Shown: positions 35,541-47,384 of the stretch, one piece after another
Layout: each line of letters starts with the position of its first letter
Numbering within the stretch: the stretch's first letter is position 1
Assembly: GCF_004010195.1 (NCBI RefSeq)
Contig: NC_057750.1
Coordinates: forward strand, 4,548,814 to 4,609,662
Source: Chiloscyllium plagiosum
Lineage: Eukaryota
Direction: 5' to 3'
Length of the DNA stretch: 60,849 bases
The notes under the pieces: generated by a model
What the model was told of the DNA's origin: nothing
The model's input: the letters and a program-made list of their open reading frames with translations, nothing else
The model's database searches: none
Translations under genes and position numbers: made by a program

Positions 35541-35613
35541 AGCCAGGCAGGAGGCTGGGGGAACACATCAGGAGGTGGGGAAGTTGATGTTTCAGGTATA
35601 AATCTTCTTCAGG
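35541..35613 (-). mobile_element. Left arm of a PLE family C element
   Basis: Minus strand reads cctgaagaagatttatacctgaaacatcaacttccccacctcctgatgtgttcccccagcctcctgcctg, matching 15488-15680. Confidence 0.7.
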
Positions 35614-35627
35614 CCTTCAAGCACCTT

Positions 35628-35880
35628 CGATTAGATTACTTACAGTGTGGAAACAGGCCCTTCGGCCCAACAAGTCCACACCGACCCTCTGAAGAGCAAC
35701 CCACCCAGGCCCATTCCCTTACATTTACCCCTTCACCTAACATTACGGGCAATTTAGCCTGGCCAATTCACCTGCCCCGCACATCTTTGAACTGTGGGAG
35801 GAAACCGGAGCACCCGGAGGAAACCCACACAGACACGGGGAGAACGTGCAAACTCCACACAGACAGTCGCCTGAGGCGGA
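35628..35880 (-). mobile_element. HE1-like V-SINE, 5' truncated
   Basis: gattagattacttacagtgtggaaacaggccc...gcaaactccacacagacagtcgcc. Confidence 0.9.
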
Positions 35881-35890
35881 GTCAGTCACC

Positions 35891-38800
35891 TTCCTGATGC
35901 TGCCTGCCTTGCTGTGTCCCTCTCCCTCCTGATGCTGCCTGCCTTGCTGTGTCCCTCTCCCTCCATATACTGCCTGCCTTGCTGTGTCCCTCTCCCTCCT
36001 GACGCTGCCTGCCTTGCTGTGTCCCTCTCCCTCCTGATGCTGCCTGCCTTGCTATCTCCCTCTCCCTCCTGATGCTGCCTGCCTTGCTATCTCCCTCTCC
36101 CTCCTGATGCTGCCTGCCTTGCTATCTCCCTCTCCCTCCTGATGCTGCCTGCCTTGCTATCTCCCTCTCCCTCCTGATGCTGCCTGCCTTGCTATCTCCC
36201 TCTCCCTCCTGATGCTGCCTGCCTTGCTATCTCCCTCTCCCTCCTGATGCTGCCTGCCTTGCTATCTCCCTCTCCCTCCTGATGCTGCCTGCCTTGCTAT
36301 CTCCCTCTCCCTCCTGATGCTGCCTGCCTTGCTATCTCCCTCTCCCTCCTGATGCTGCCTGCCTTGCTATCTCCCTCTCCCTCCTGATGCTGCCTGCCTT
36401 GCTATCTCCCTCTCCCTCCTGATGCTGCCTGCCTTGCTATCTCCCTCTCCCTCCTGATGCTGCCTGCCTTGCTATCTCCCTCTCCCTCCTGATGCTGCCT
36501 GCCTTGCTATCTCCCTCTCCCTCCTGATGCTGCCTGCCTTGCTATCTCCCTCTCCCTCCTGATGCTGCCTGCCTTGCTATCTCCCTCTCCCTCCTGATGC
36601 TGCCTGCCTTGCTATCTCCCTCTCCCTCCTGATGCTGCCTGCCTTGCTATCTCCCTCTCCCTCCTGATGCTGCCTGCCTTGCTGTGTCCCTCTCCCTCCT
36701 GATGCTGCCTGCCTTGCTATCTCCCTCTCCCTCCTGATGCTGCCTGCCTTGCTATCTCCCTCTCCCTCCTGATGCTGCCTGCCTTGCTATCTCCCTCTCC
36801 CTCCTGATGCTGCCTGCCTTGCTATCTCCCTCTCCCTCCTGATGCTGCCTGCCTTGCTATCTCCCTCTCCCTCCTGATGCTGCCTGCCTTGCTATCTCCC
36901 TCTCCCTCCTGATGCTGCCTGCCTTGCTATCTCCCTCTCCCTCCTGATGCTGCCTGCCTTGCTATCTCCCTCTCCCTCCTGATGCTGCCTGCCTTGCTAT
37001 CTCCCTCTCCCTCCTGATGCTGCCTGCCTTGCTATCTCCCTCTCCCTCCTGATGCTGCCTGCCTTGCTATCTCCCTCTCCCTCCTGATGCTGCCTGCCTT
37101 GCTATCTCCCTCTCCCTCCTGATGCTGCCTGCCTTGCTATCTCCCTCTCCCTCCTGATGCTGCCTGCCTTGCTATCTCCCTCTCCCTCCTGATGCTGCCT
37201 GCCTTGCTATCTCCCTCTCCCTCCTGATGCTGCCTGCCTTGCTATCTCCCTCTCCCTCCTGATGCTGCCTGCCTTGCTATCTCCCTCTCCCTCCTGATGC
37301 TGCCTGCCTTGCTATCTCCCTCTCCCTCCTGATGCTGCCTGCCTTGCTGTGTCCCTCTCCCTCCTGATGCTGCCTGCCTTGCTATCTCCCTCTCCCTCCT
37401 GATGCTGCCTGCCTTGCTATCTCCCTCTCCCTCCTGATGCTGCCTGCCTTGCTATCTCCCTCTCCCTCCTGATGCTGCCTGCCTTGCTATCTCCCTCTCC
37501 CTCCTGATGCTGCCTGCCTTGCTATCTCCCTCTCCCTCCTGATGCTGCCTGCCTTGCTATCTCCCTCTCCCTCCTGATGCTGCCTGCCTTGCTATCTCCC
37601 TCTCCCTCCTGATGCTGCCTGCCTTGCTATCTCCCTCTCCCTCCTGATGCTGCCTGCCTTGCTATCTCCCTCTCCCTCCTGATGCTGCCTGCCTTGCTAT
37701 CTCCCTCTCCCTCCTGATGCTGCCTGCCTTGCTATCTCCCTCTCCCTCCTGATGCTGCCTGCCTTGCTATCTCCCTCTCCCTCCTGATGCTGCCTGCCTT
37801 GCTATCTCCCTCTCCCTCCTGATGCTGCCTGCCTTGCTATCTCCCTCTCCCTCCTGATGCTGCCTGCCTTGCTATCTCCCTCTCCCTCCTGATGCTGCCT
37901 GCCTTGCTATCTCCCTCTCCCTCCTGATGCTGCCTGCCTTGCTATCTCCCTCTCCCTCCTGATGCTGCCTGCCTTGCTATCTCCCTCTCCCTCCTGATGC
38001 TGCCTGCCTTGCTGTGTCCCTCTCCCTCCTGATGCTGCCTGCCTTGCTATCTCCCTCTCCCTCCTGATGCTGCCTGCCTTGCTATCTCCCTCTCCCTCCT
38101 GATGCTGCCTGCCTTGCTATCTCCCTCTCCCTCCTGATGCTGCCTGCCTTGCTATCTCCCTCTCCCTCCTGATGCTGCCTGCCTTGCTATCTCCCTCTCC
38201 CTCCTGATGCTGCCTGCCTTGCTATCTCCCTCTCCCTCCTGATGCTGCCTGCCTTGCTATCTCCCTCTCCCTCCTGATGCTGCCTGCCTTGCTATCTCCC
38301 TCTCCCTCCTGATGCTGCCTGCCTTGCTATCTCCCTCTCCCTCCTGATGCTGCCTGCCTTGCTATCTCCCTCTCCCTCCTGATGCTGCCTGCCTTGCTAT
38401 CTCCCTCTCCCTCCTGATGCTGCCTGCCTTGCTATCTCCCTCTCCCTCCTGATGCTGCCTGCCTTGCTATCTCCCTCTCCCTCCTGATGCTGCCTGCCTT
38501 GCTATCTCCCTCTCCCTCCTGATGCTGCCTGCCTTGCTATCTCCCTCTCCCTCCTGATGCTGCCTGCCTTGCTATCTCCCTCTCCCTCCTGATGCTGCCT
38601 GCCTTGCTATCTCCCTCTCCCTCCTGATGCTGCCTGCCTTGCTATCTCCCTCTCCCTCCTGATGCTGCCTGCCTTGCTGTGTCCCTCTCCCTCCTGATGC
38701 TGCCTGCCTTGCTATCTCCCTCTCCCTCCTGATGCTGCCTGCCTTGCTATCTCCCTCTCCCTCCTGATGCTGCCTGCCTTGCTATCTCCCTCTCCCTCCT

Positions 38801-41800
38801 GATGCTGCCTGCCTTGCTATCTCCCTCTCCCTCCTGATGCTGCCTGCCTTGCTATCTCCCTCTCCCTCCTGATGCTGCCTGCCTTGCTATCTCCCTCTCC
38901 CTCCTGATGCTGCCTGCCTTGCTATCTCCCTCTCCCTCCTGATGCTGCCTGCCTTGCTATCTCCCTCTCCCTCCTGATGCTGCCTGCCTTGCTATCTCCC
39001 TCTCCCTCCTGATGCTGCCTGCCTTGCTATCTCCCTCTCCCTCCTGATGCTGCCTGCCTTGCTATCTCCCTCTCCCTCCTGATGCTGCCTGCCTTGCTAT
39101 CTCCCTCTCCCTCCTGATGCTGCCTGCCTTGCTATCTCCCTCTCCCTCCTGATGCTGCCTGCCTTGCTATCTCCCTCTCCCTCCTGATGCTGCCTGCCTT
39201 GCTATCTCCCTCTCCCTCCTGATGCTGCCTGCCTTGCTATCTCCCTCTCCCTCCTGATGCTGCCTGCCTTGCTATCTCCCTCTCCCTCCTGATGCTGCCT
39301 GCCTTGCTATCTCCCTCTCCCTCCTGATGCTGCCTGCCTTGCTGTGTCCCTCTCCCTCCTGATGCTGCCTGCCTTGCTATCTCCCTCTCCCTCCTGATGC
39401 TGCCTGCCTTGCTATCTCCCTCTCCCTCCTGATGCTGCCTGCCTTGCTATCTCCCTCTCCCTCCTGATGCTGCCTGCCTTGCTATCTCCCTCTCCCTCCT
39501 GATGCTGCCTGCCTTGCTATCTCCCTCTCCCTCCTGATGCTGCCTGCCTTGCTATCTCCCTCTCCCTCCTGATGCTGCCTGCCTTGCTATCTCCCTCTCC
39601 CTCCTGATGCTGCCTGCCTTGCTATCTCCCTCTCCCTCCTGATGCTGCCTGCCTTGCTATCTCCCTCTCCCTCCTGATGCTGCCTGCCTTGCTATCTCCC
39701 TCTCCCTCCTGATGCTGCCTGCCTTGCTATCTCCCTCTCCCTCCTGATGCTGCCTGCCTTGCTATCTCCCTCTCCCTCCTGATGCTGCCTGCCTTGCTAT
39801 CTCCCTCTCCCTCCTGATGCTGCCTGCCTTGCTATCTCCCTCTCCCTCCTGATGCTGCCTGCCTTGCTATCTCCCTCTCCCTCCTGATGCTGCCTGCCTT
39901 GCTATCTCCCTCTCCCTCCTGATGCTGCCTGCCTTGCTATCTCCCTCTCCCTCCTGATGCTGCCTGCCTTGCTATCTCCCTCTCCCTCCTGATGCTGCCT
40001 GCCTTGCTGTGTCCCTCTCCCTCCTGATGCTGCCTGCCTTGCTATCTCCCTCTCCCTCCTGATGCTGCCTGCCTTGCTATCTCCCTCTCCCTCCTGATGC
40101 TGCCTGCCTTGCTATCTCCCTCTCCCTCCTGATGCTGCCTGCCTTGCTATCTCCCTCTCCCTCCTGATGCTGCCTGCCTTGCTATCTCCCTCTCCCTCCT
40201 GATGCTGCCTGCCTTGCTATCTCCCTCTCCCTCCTGATGCTGCCTGCCTTGCTATCTCCCTCTCCCTCCTGATGCTGCCTGCCTTGCTATCTCCCTCTCC
40301 CTCCTGATGCTGCCTGCCTTGCTATCTCCCTCTCCCTCCTGATGCTGCCTGCCTTGCTATCTCCCTCTCCCTCCTGATGCTGCCTGCCTTGCTATCTCCC
40401 TCTCCCTCCTGATGCTGCCTGCCTTGCTATCTCCCTCTCCCTCCTGATGCTGCCTGCCTTGCTATCTCCCTCTCCCTCCTGATGCTGCCTGCCTTGCTAT
40501 CTCCCTCTCCCTCCTGATGCTGCCTGCCTTGCTATCTCCCTCTCCCTCCTGATGCTGCCTGCCTTGCTATCTCCCTCTCCCTCCTGATGCTGCCTGCCTT
40601 GCTATCTCCCTCTCCCTCCTGATGCTGCCTGCCTTGCTATCTCCCTCTCCCTCCTGATGCTGCCTGCCTTGCTGTGTCCCTCTCCCTCCTGATGCTGCCT
40701 GCCTTGCTATCTCCCTCTCCCTCCTGATGCTGCCTGCCTTGCTATCTCCCTCTCCCTCCTGATGCTGCCTGCCTTGCTATCTCCCTCTCCCTCCTGATGC
40801 TGCCTGCCTTGCTATCTCCCTCTCCCTCCTGATGCTGCCTGCCTTGCTATCTCCCTCTCCCTCCTGATGCTGCCTGCCTTGCTATCTCCCTCTCCCTCCT
40901 GATGCTGCCTGCCTTGCTATCTCCCTCTCCCTCCTGATGCTGCCTGCCTTGCTATCTCCCTCTCCCTCCTGATGCTGCCTGCCTTGCTATCTCCCTCTCC
41001 CTCCTGATGCTGCCTGCCTTGCTATCTCCCTCTCCCTCCTGATGCTGCCTGCCTTGCTATCTCCCTCTCCCTCCTGATGCTGCCTGCCTTGCTATCTCCC
41101 TCTCCCTCCTGATGCTGCCTGCCTTGCTATCTCCCTCTCCCTCCTGATGCTGCCTGCCTTGCTATCTCCCTCTCCCTCCTGATGCTGCCTGCCTTGCTAT
41201 CTCCCTCTCCCTCCTGATGCTGCCTGCCTTGCTATCTCCCTCTCCCTCCTGATGCTGCCTGCCTTGCTATCTCCCTCTCCCTCCTGATGCTGCCTGCCTT
41301 GCTATCTCCCTCTCCCTCCTGATGCTGCCTGCCTTGCTGTGTCCCTCTCCCTCCTGATGCTGCCTGCCTTGCTATCTCCCTCTCCCTCCTGATGCTGCCT
41401 GCCTTGCTATCTCCCTCTCCCTCCTGATGCTGCCTGCCTTGCTATCTCCCTCTCCCTCCTGATGCTGCCTGCCTTGCTATCTCCCTCTCCCTCCTGATGC
41501 TGCCTGCCTTGCTATCTCCCTCTCCCTCCTGATGCTGCCTGCCTTGCTATCTCCCTCTCCCTCCTGATGCTGCCTGCCTTGCTATCTCCCTCTCCCTCCT
41601 GATGCTGCCTGCCTTGCTATCTCCCTCTCCCTCCTGATGCTGCCTGCCTTGCTATCTCCCTCTCCCTCCTGATGCTGCCTGCCTTGCTATCTCCCTCTCC
41701 CTCCTGATGCTGCCTGCCTTGCTATCTCCCTCTCCCTCCTGATGCTGCCTGCCTTGCTATCTCCCTCTCCCTCCTGATGCTGCCTGCCTTGCTATCTCCC

Positions 41801-42420
41801 TCTCCCTCCTGATGCTGCCTGCCTTGCTATCTCCCTCTCCCTCCTGATGCTGCCTGCCTTGCTATCTCCCTCTCCCTCCTGATGCTGCCTGCCTTGCTAT
41901 CTCCCTCTCCCTCCTGATGCTGCCTGCCTTGCTATCTCCCTCTCCCTCCTGATGCTGCCTGCCTTGCTATCTCCCTCTCCCTCCTGATGCTGCCTGCCTT
42001 GCTGTGTCCCTCTCCCTCCTGATGCTGCCTGCCTTGCTATCTCCCTCTCCCTCCTGATGCTGCCTGCCTTGCTATCTCCCTCTCCCTCCTGATGCTGCCT
42101 GCCTTGCTATCTCCCTCTCCCTCCTGATGCTGCCTGCCTTGCTATCTCCCTCTCCCTCCTGATGCTGCCTGCCTTGCTATCTCCCTCTCCCTCCTGATGC
42201 TGCCTGCCTTGCTATCTCCCTCTCCCTCCTGATGCTGCCTGCCTTGCTATCTCCCTCTCCCTCCTGATGCTGCCTGCCTTGCTATCTCCCTCTCCCTCCT
42301 GATGCTGCCTGCCTTGCTATCTCCCTCTCCCTCCTGATGCTGCCTGCCTTGCTATCTCCCTCTACTGCCTGCCTTGCTGTGTCCCTCCCCCTCCTGATGC
42401 TGCCTGCCTTGCTGTGTTCT
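35891..42420. repeat. Pyrimidine-rich 35-bp satellite, about 186 units, 665-bp higher-order period
   Basis: Monomer ctcctgatgctgcctgccttgctatctccctctcc; gctgtgtccc variant every 19th unit. Confidence 0.98.
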
Positions 42421-42530
42421 CTCAGCCTCTTGCCTGTCTACTTTGAATTCCTGTACCTCAGTTATGTTTTGTCTCTATTCAAGAAGAAATTGGCTGCCCT
42501 CCACCCTGCCAACACAACTCTCATTCATTC

Positions 42531-42722
42531 AAAGTTAAAAGTCATGCAACACCAGGTTATAGTCCAACAGGTTTAATTGGAGGCATGAGCTTTCAGAGCG
42601 CTGCTCCTTCATCAGGTCGTTGTCCGAAAGCTAGTCCTTCCAATTGAACCTGTTGGACTATAACCTGGTGTTGTGTGATTTTTAACTTTGTACACCCCAG
42701 CCCAACACCGGCATCTCCGAAT
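42531..42722. mobile_element. PLE-derived fold-back (family B) with minus-strand hammerhead core at about 42585-42618
   Basis: caacaccaggttatagtccaacagg / cctgttggactataacctggtgttg; minus strand CTGATGA-a-ggagc-agc-gctct-GAAA-gctc. Confidence 0.85.
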
Positions 42723-42767
42723 CCAACTCCTTCAGTCATGTTATCAACCTTCTTTCAGTACCTGACA

Positions 42768-43750
42768 GGGTGGCACTGCTGCCTCACAGCGCCAGGGACC
42801 CGGGTTCGACTCCACCCTCGGGTGGCTGTCTGTGTGGAGTTTGCACATTCTCCCTGTGTCTGTGCGGGTGTTCTCCGAGTGCTCCGGTTTCCTCCCACAG
42901 TCCAAAGATGTGCAGGTTCGGATGGATTGGCCGTGGGAAATTACCCATAGTGTCCAGGGATGTGTGGGTTCGGGTGGATTAGCCATGGGAAATTACCCAT
43001 ATTGTCCAGGAATATGTGGGTTAGGGTGGGTTGGCCATGGGAAATTGTCCCATAGTCTCCAGGGATGTGTGGGTTGGTGTGGGTTGGCCAATGGGAAATT
43101 ACCCATATTGTCCAGGGATGTGTGGGTTAGGGTGAGTTGGCCATGGGAAATTACCCATATTGTCCAGGGATGTGCAAGTTAAGGTGGATTGGCCAATGGG
43201 AAATTACCCATAGTGTCCAGGGATGTATGGGTTAGGGTGGGTTTGCCATGGGAAATTGCCCATATTGTCCAGGGATGTGCAAGTTAGGGTGGATTGGCCA
43301 ATGGGAAATTACCCATATTGTCCAGGGATGTGTGGGTTAGGGTGGGTTGGCTATGGGAAATTATCCATAGTGTCCAGGGATGTGTGGGTTAGGGTGGGTT
43401 GGCCTTTGGAAATTACCCACAGTGTCCAGGGATGTGTGGGTTGGCCAATGGGAAATTACCCATAGTGTCCAGGGATGTGTGGGTTAGGGTGGGCTGGCCT
43501 TGGGAAATTACCCATATTGTCCAGGGATGTGTGGGTTAGGGTGGGTTATCCATGGGAAATTACCCATATTGTCCAGGGATGTGTGGGTTTGGGCGAGTTG
43601 GCCATGGGAAATTGTCCAGGGATGTGCAGGTTAGTTGGGTTAGCCGTGGGAAATGCAGGGTTATGGGATGGGGGTTGGGATACTCCTCCCAGGGTGGGCG
43701 TGGACTTGATGGGCCAAATGGCCTACTTCCACGCTGTAAGGACTCTATGA
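42768..43750 (+). mobile_element. HE1-like V-SINE with about 14 tandem copies of an internal ~52-bp module
   Basis: Head and V domain at 42768-42905, repeats gggaaattacccatattgtccagggatgtgtgggttagggtgggttggccat to about 43650, then normal tail. Confidence 0.9.
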
Positions 43751-44474
43751 TTATTAGGCCATTTGGCCCATTGAGTCTGCTCCACCATTCGCTCTTGGCT
43801 GATATGCTTCACAACCCGATTCTCCTGCCTGGAAGCCAATCGGCCCATCGCATCTGTCCTGGCTCTTGAAAGGAATTGTCTAATTTTGCCCCGCTTTCTA
43901 CCCCAGCCTCCTGCACAAACCAATCCCCTACAAACTCCTGTCGGATTGCTTTCTCAAAGTTGGAATTGGGTGCCACTGACCTCCTCTCAGGCCCGGGATA
44001 GAGGGTGATATTCCGATGGGTTCTGACACACGCCTGCATGGATGCTGCTGAGGGTGGGACACCCTTGCTGGCTTGGGGTAGGTGCGCTGTCCAGGGGTTG
44101 GTCACTTTCACTTCCTCTCGGACATGGTTCCCAATGGAGTCTCCCGCTGTCTTCCTGAACCAACCTGCTCCGTGTTACTCAGGAGACGGGAATGTCCATG
44201 TCAACGTGATGCCTCGACAAGAGGCCCAAAGTATTCCCACTGACCCCCACACCCCCCCACCCCCTGCAGTCTCTTGTCACCGGTCTGCATTGAGTAATCA
44301 TTCTGGGAGGGATGGGGAGCGGAATCTGGTCAAAAGATCCCACCCGCTGGAGCTGGGTTTGTGTAATTAGTGAGTCTACAATGTGGCATCTGCTAGGCAC
44401 CTTATCTAACCACTTCATTCACACTATCTTGCAGAGGTTTTTCCTGGTGGAACGTCCCCTGCATTTATAGAACA

Positions 44475-44845
44475 GAATCCCCACTGTGTGGAAACAGGCC
44501 ACTCAGCCCAACAAGTCACCACAACCCTCCCAAGAGCATCCCACCCAGACCCATCCCCATCCCCTATCTAACCATACACAGCTTGCGTGTCCCTGGACAC
44601 TATGGAGTATTTAGCATGGCCAATCCACACTAACCTGCACGTCCCTGGGCACTATGTGCAAATTAGCACGGCTAATCCACTCTAACCTGCACATCTTTGG
44701 ACTGTGGGAGGAAACCGGAGCACCCGGAGGAAACCCACGCAGACACGGGGAGAATGTGCAAATTCCACACAGACAGTTGCCTGAAGGTGGAATTGAACCT
44801 GGGACCCTGGTGCTATGAGGCAGCGGTGCTAACCACTGAGGTACT
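44475..44845 (-). mobile_element. HE1-like V-SINE
   Basis: Reverse V domain ggaggaaaccggagcacccggaggaaacccacgcagacacggggagaatgtgc. Confidence 0.9.
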
Positions 44846-44856
44846 GTAGGTTGTCC

Positions 44857-45495
44857 AAATCTTCCAGGATCTTCCAACTCAGTGCAGCTTTAACCTTGAC
44901 TTTGAGATTGTGAACACTTTAACCCTCAGTCGGTTGGTACACTGCTTTCTAGGTTTGAACAATCTCCCTGTCATTCTCGATGAATTTCTGGAGGATGTGG
45001 GGGATAGTAAGGAGCTATTTAGAGGAGGTGCTATTTCAGATCTAGTATTATGCAACGAAAGAGGGTGAATTAACAATTTTAGAGCAAATTATTGCAGATG
45101 CCGGAGTCTGTACTGAAAACAACAAATGCTGGAGATCACAGCAGGCCAGGCAGCATCCATGGAGAGGGAGCAAGCTAATGTTCCGAGGACTAAACTGTGA
45201 CCTTCAGCATTTGTTGTTTTCAATTAACAATCTCATTTCTCCTCAACTCTTTGCCTGATCATTTTAAATGCATTGCTTCTGGTTCACCCTCTTTCGTTGC
45301 ATAATGCTAGATCTGAAATAGCACCTCCTCTAAATGGCTCCTCACTAGCCCCCACATCCTCCAGAAATTCATCGAGAACGACAGGGAGATCGTTGAAACC
45401 TAGAAAGCAGTGTACCAACCGACTGAGGGTTAAAGTGTTCACGATCTCAAAGTCAAGGTTAAAGCTGCACTGAGTTGGAAGATCCTGGAAGATTT
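44857..45495. repeat. Inverted duplication, 213-bp arms (44857-45069 and 45283-45495)
   Basis: Arms align base by base with about 8 mismatches; the ORF track gives near-identical peptides on opposite strands. Confidence 0.95.
45068..45231. mobile_element. PLE-derived fold-back with 10-bp target-site duplication
   Basis: aattaacaat at 45068-45077 and 45222-45231; arms gaaaacaacaaatgctg / cagcatttgttgttttc. Confidence 0.75.
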
Positions 45496-46074
45496 AGCAC
45501 TGCTGCCTCACGGCTCTGTCAAAACCCACATCAGTTTAAACTCCCCCATATCTGGTTCACTAGTGCCCTTTAGGGAAGGAAATTGCCACTGTCACCTGGT
45601 CTGGTCTATACGTGACTCCAGACCCACAGCAATGGGGTTGACATTTAACAGCCTTCTGGGTAATTAGGGAATGGGCAATAAATGCTGACTCAGCGAGCGA
45701 GAATGAATTGTAAGTAGCTGCATGGACAAGGACAATCAGTTTGGCTGCAGCAGTACAGAGTTCAGTTGAACAGGTACATCGGGAACAAGCCTTGTTGTTA
45801 ATGGTCAATACTTCCTGCAGAGCAAAACTAAAGTTCACCAACAAATCCAATTGGGAATTCAGGAGAAACATCTTTTGGCAGCAAGTAGGAGTGAGGGAGA
45901 GGCGGAGGTGAATATTGAAGGGAGCGGGGTGTGGGAAAGTGGATAAACGTGACAGAGAAGGAATAGAAGAATGGGAGGAGGAGGAGTGCTGGTCAGAGGA
46001 GGCTCATCTACTGCAGGAACTGACGGGCCAAATGGCCTGTGCTGTAAACGCTACTAAATAAATATAGCTAAGAA

Positions 46075-46490
46075 GGAAGGTTGGATAGACCGTGTTTGTT
46101 TTCATTGGAGTTTTAGCAGGGTGCAACCTGACAGAAGTTATAAGATTGTGAATGGCATGGACAGCATGGAAAAAAATATGAGGCTTTCTCCCCAGGGTGG
46201 AGGGGTCAATTACTCGGGGACACAGGTTCAAGGTATGGGGTTGGGAGGGGGGGGGAGTTGTGTGAGGCAGGGTTTTCACACAAAGGATGGTGAATACTTG
46301 GAACGCACTGCCAGAGGAGGGGGTGGAAGCTGACACAATAGCAGGATTGAAGAAACACCTGGACTATACATGGATAGGAAAGGATTGGGTGGATAGGGAT
46401 CCTGTAAGTGAAGACAGTTTTAGGATGGACGGGCAGAATATGTTGGCACAGGATTGGAGGGCCAAAGGGCTGTATTGTTCTTTGCTGTAT
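46075..46490 (+). mobile_element. CR1 LINE 3' fragment
   Basis: MVNTWNALPEEGVEADTIAGLKKHLD. Confidence 0.75.
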
Positions 46491-46491
46491 T

Positions 46492-46590
46492 ATTCCTGAT
46501 GAAGGCTTTTGCCCGAAACATCGATTTTGCTGAAGCTGCTCGATGCTGCCTGAATTGCTGTGCTCTTCCAGCACCATTGATCCAGATATT
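46492..46590 (+). mobile_element. PLE relic with hammerhead core
   Basis: attc-CTGATGA-aggc-tttt-gccc-GAAA-catcgatt...gatgctgcctgaattgctgtgctcttccagc. Confidence 0.7.
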
Positions 46591-47384
46591 GGAGAGTGTG
46601 ACAGGCAGATATACCTAGACTGTCCCCTCTATTCAACTGCTGAAACCTTCCCTCAATTTGTAAAGTTGTGGCTGCTAACTGCTCCCATTAAAAACTGGGA
46701 ATGCTTTTCTTTTTAATTGCATCCTGACCGGGGGCAGTTTTAAGGGGATGTGCAATCAGCTACCTCAGAATGATTGCGTTTTTGGCTCAGATGAGATTTT
46801 CTAGACAGCTGGGGCTGGAAATAATCCCGCTTCCCTTTGAACCTGTTCCAGGGTGAAGCAGACAAAAGGAAAACAAGTTGTCAGTGACGCTGAGCTGAAC
46901 CAGACTGTGGTCACATCCTGCCCCCTAGCTCCAGCCATCTGCTACATGGTCCTGAGCCAAGGGTCCCCATTTGCGCCTGTATCTCACACAGGCTGATCTG
47001 TCCGGGATGAAATTCAAGGGATTTGGAACAGGCTCCCAGTCTCAATGCTCGATAGATTCAGGTCACACAGACATTTGTCAGGAATGTCACTGAGGAGTAA
47101 TGCACCTTGAAACGATATCCCTGTGACCCCGGGTTGGGGGTCGGCAAAAAGGAAGGCAAGGGAGGGACAGTCACCGTTGTCTTTTAAGAAAGGTGCGGAG
47201 ATGATTTGTGCACAGCAAGATCCCATAAAGAGCAATGCGACAATGACCACGCCATCTACTTTCCTGATGTTGGGGGGGGGGGGGGATCGGTTGAGAAGAG
47301 AAACTGAAGAGAAAGGGGGATGCTCTAAATCAAAAACAAAAACAGAAATGGCTGGAAAAGCTCAGCAGGTCTGGCAGCATCGCA

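Noticed and set aside
35891..42420. Tandem hammerhead array (each unit has ctgatg)
   Set aside because: Units read CTGATGC rather than CTGATGA and lack stem II and GAAA; the monomer lies downstream of the ribozyme in the parent element.
46915..46945. CTCF-like motifs (gccccctagct; also cagcagatggag near 57970)
   Set aside because: Only partial matches, expected by chance in 60 kb.
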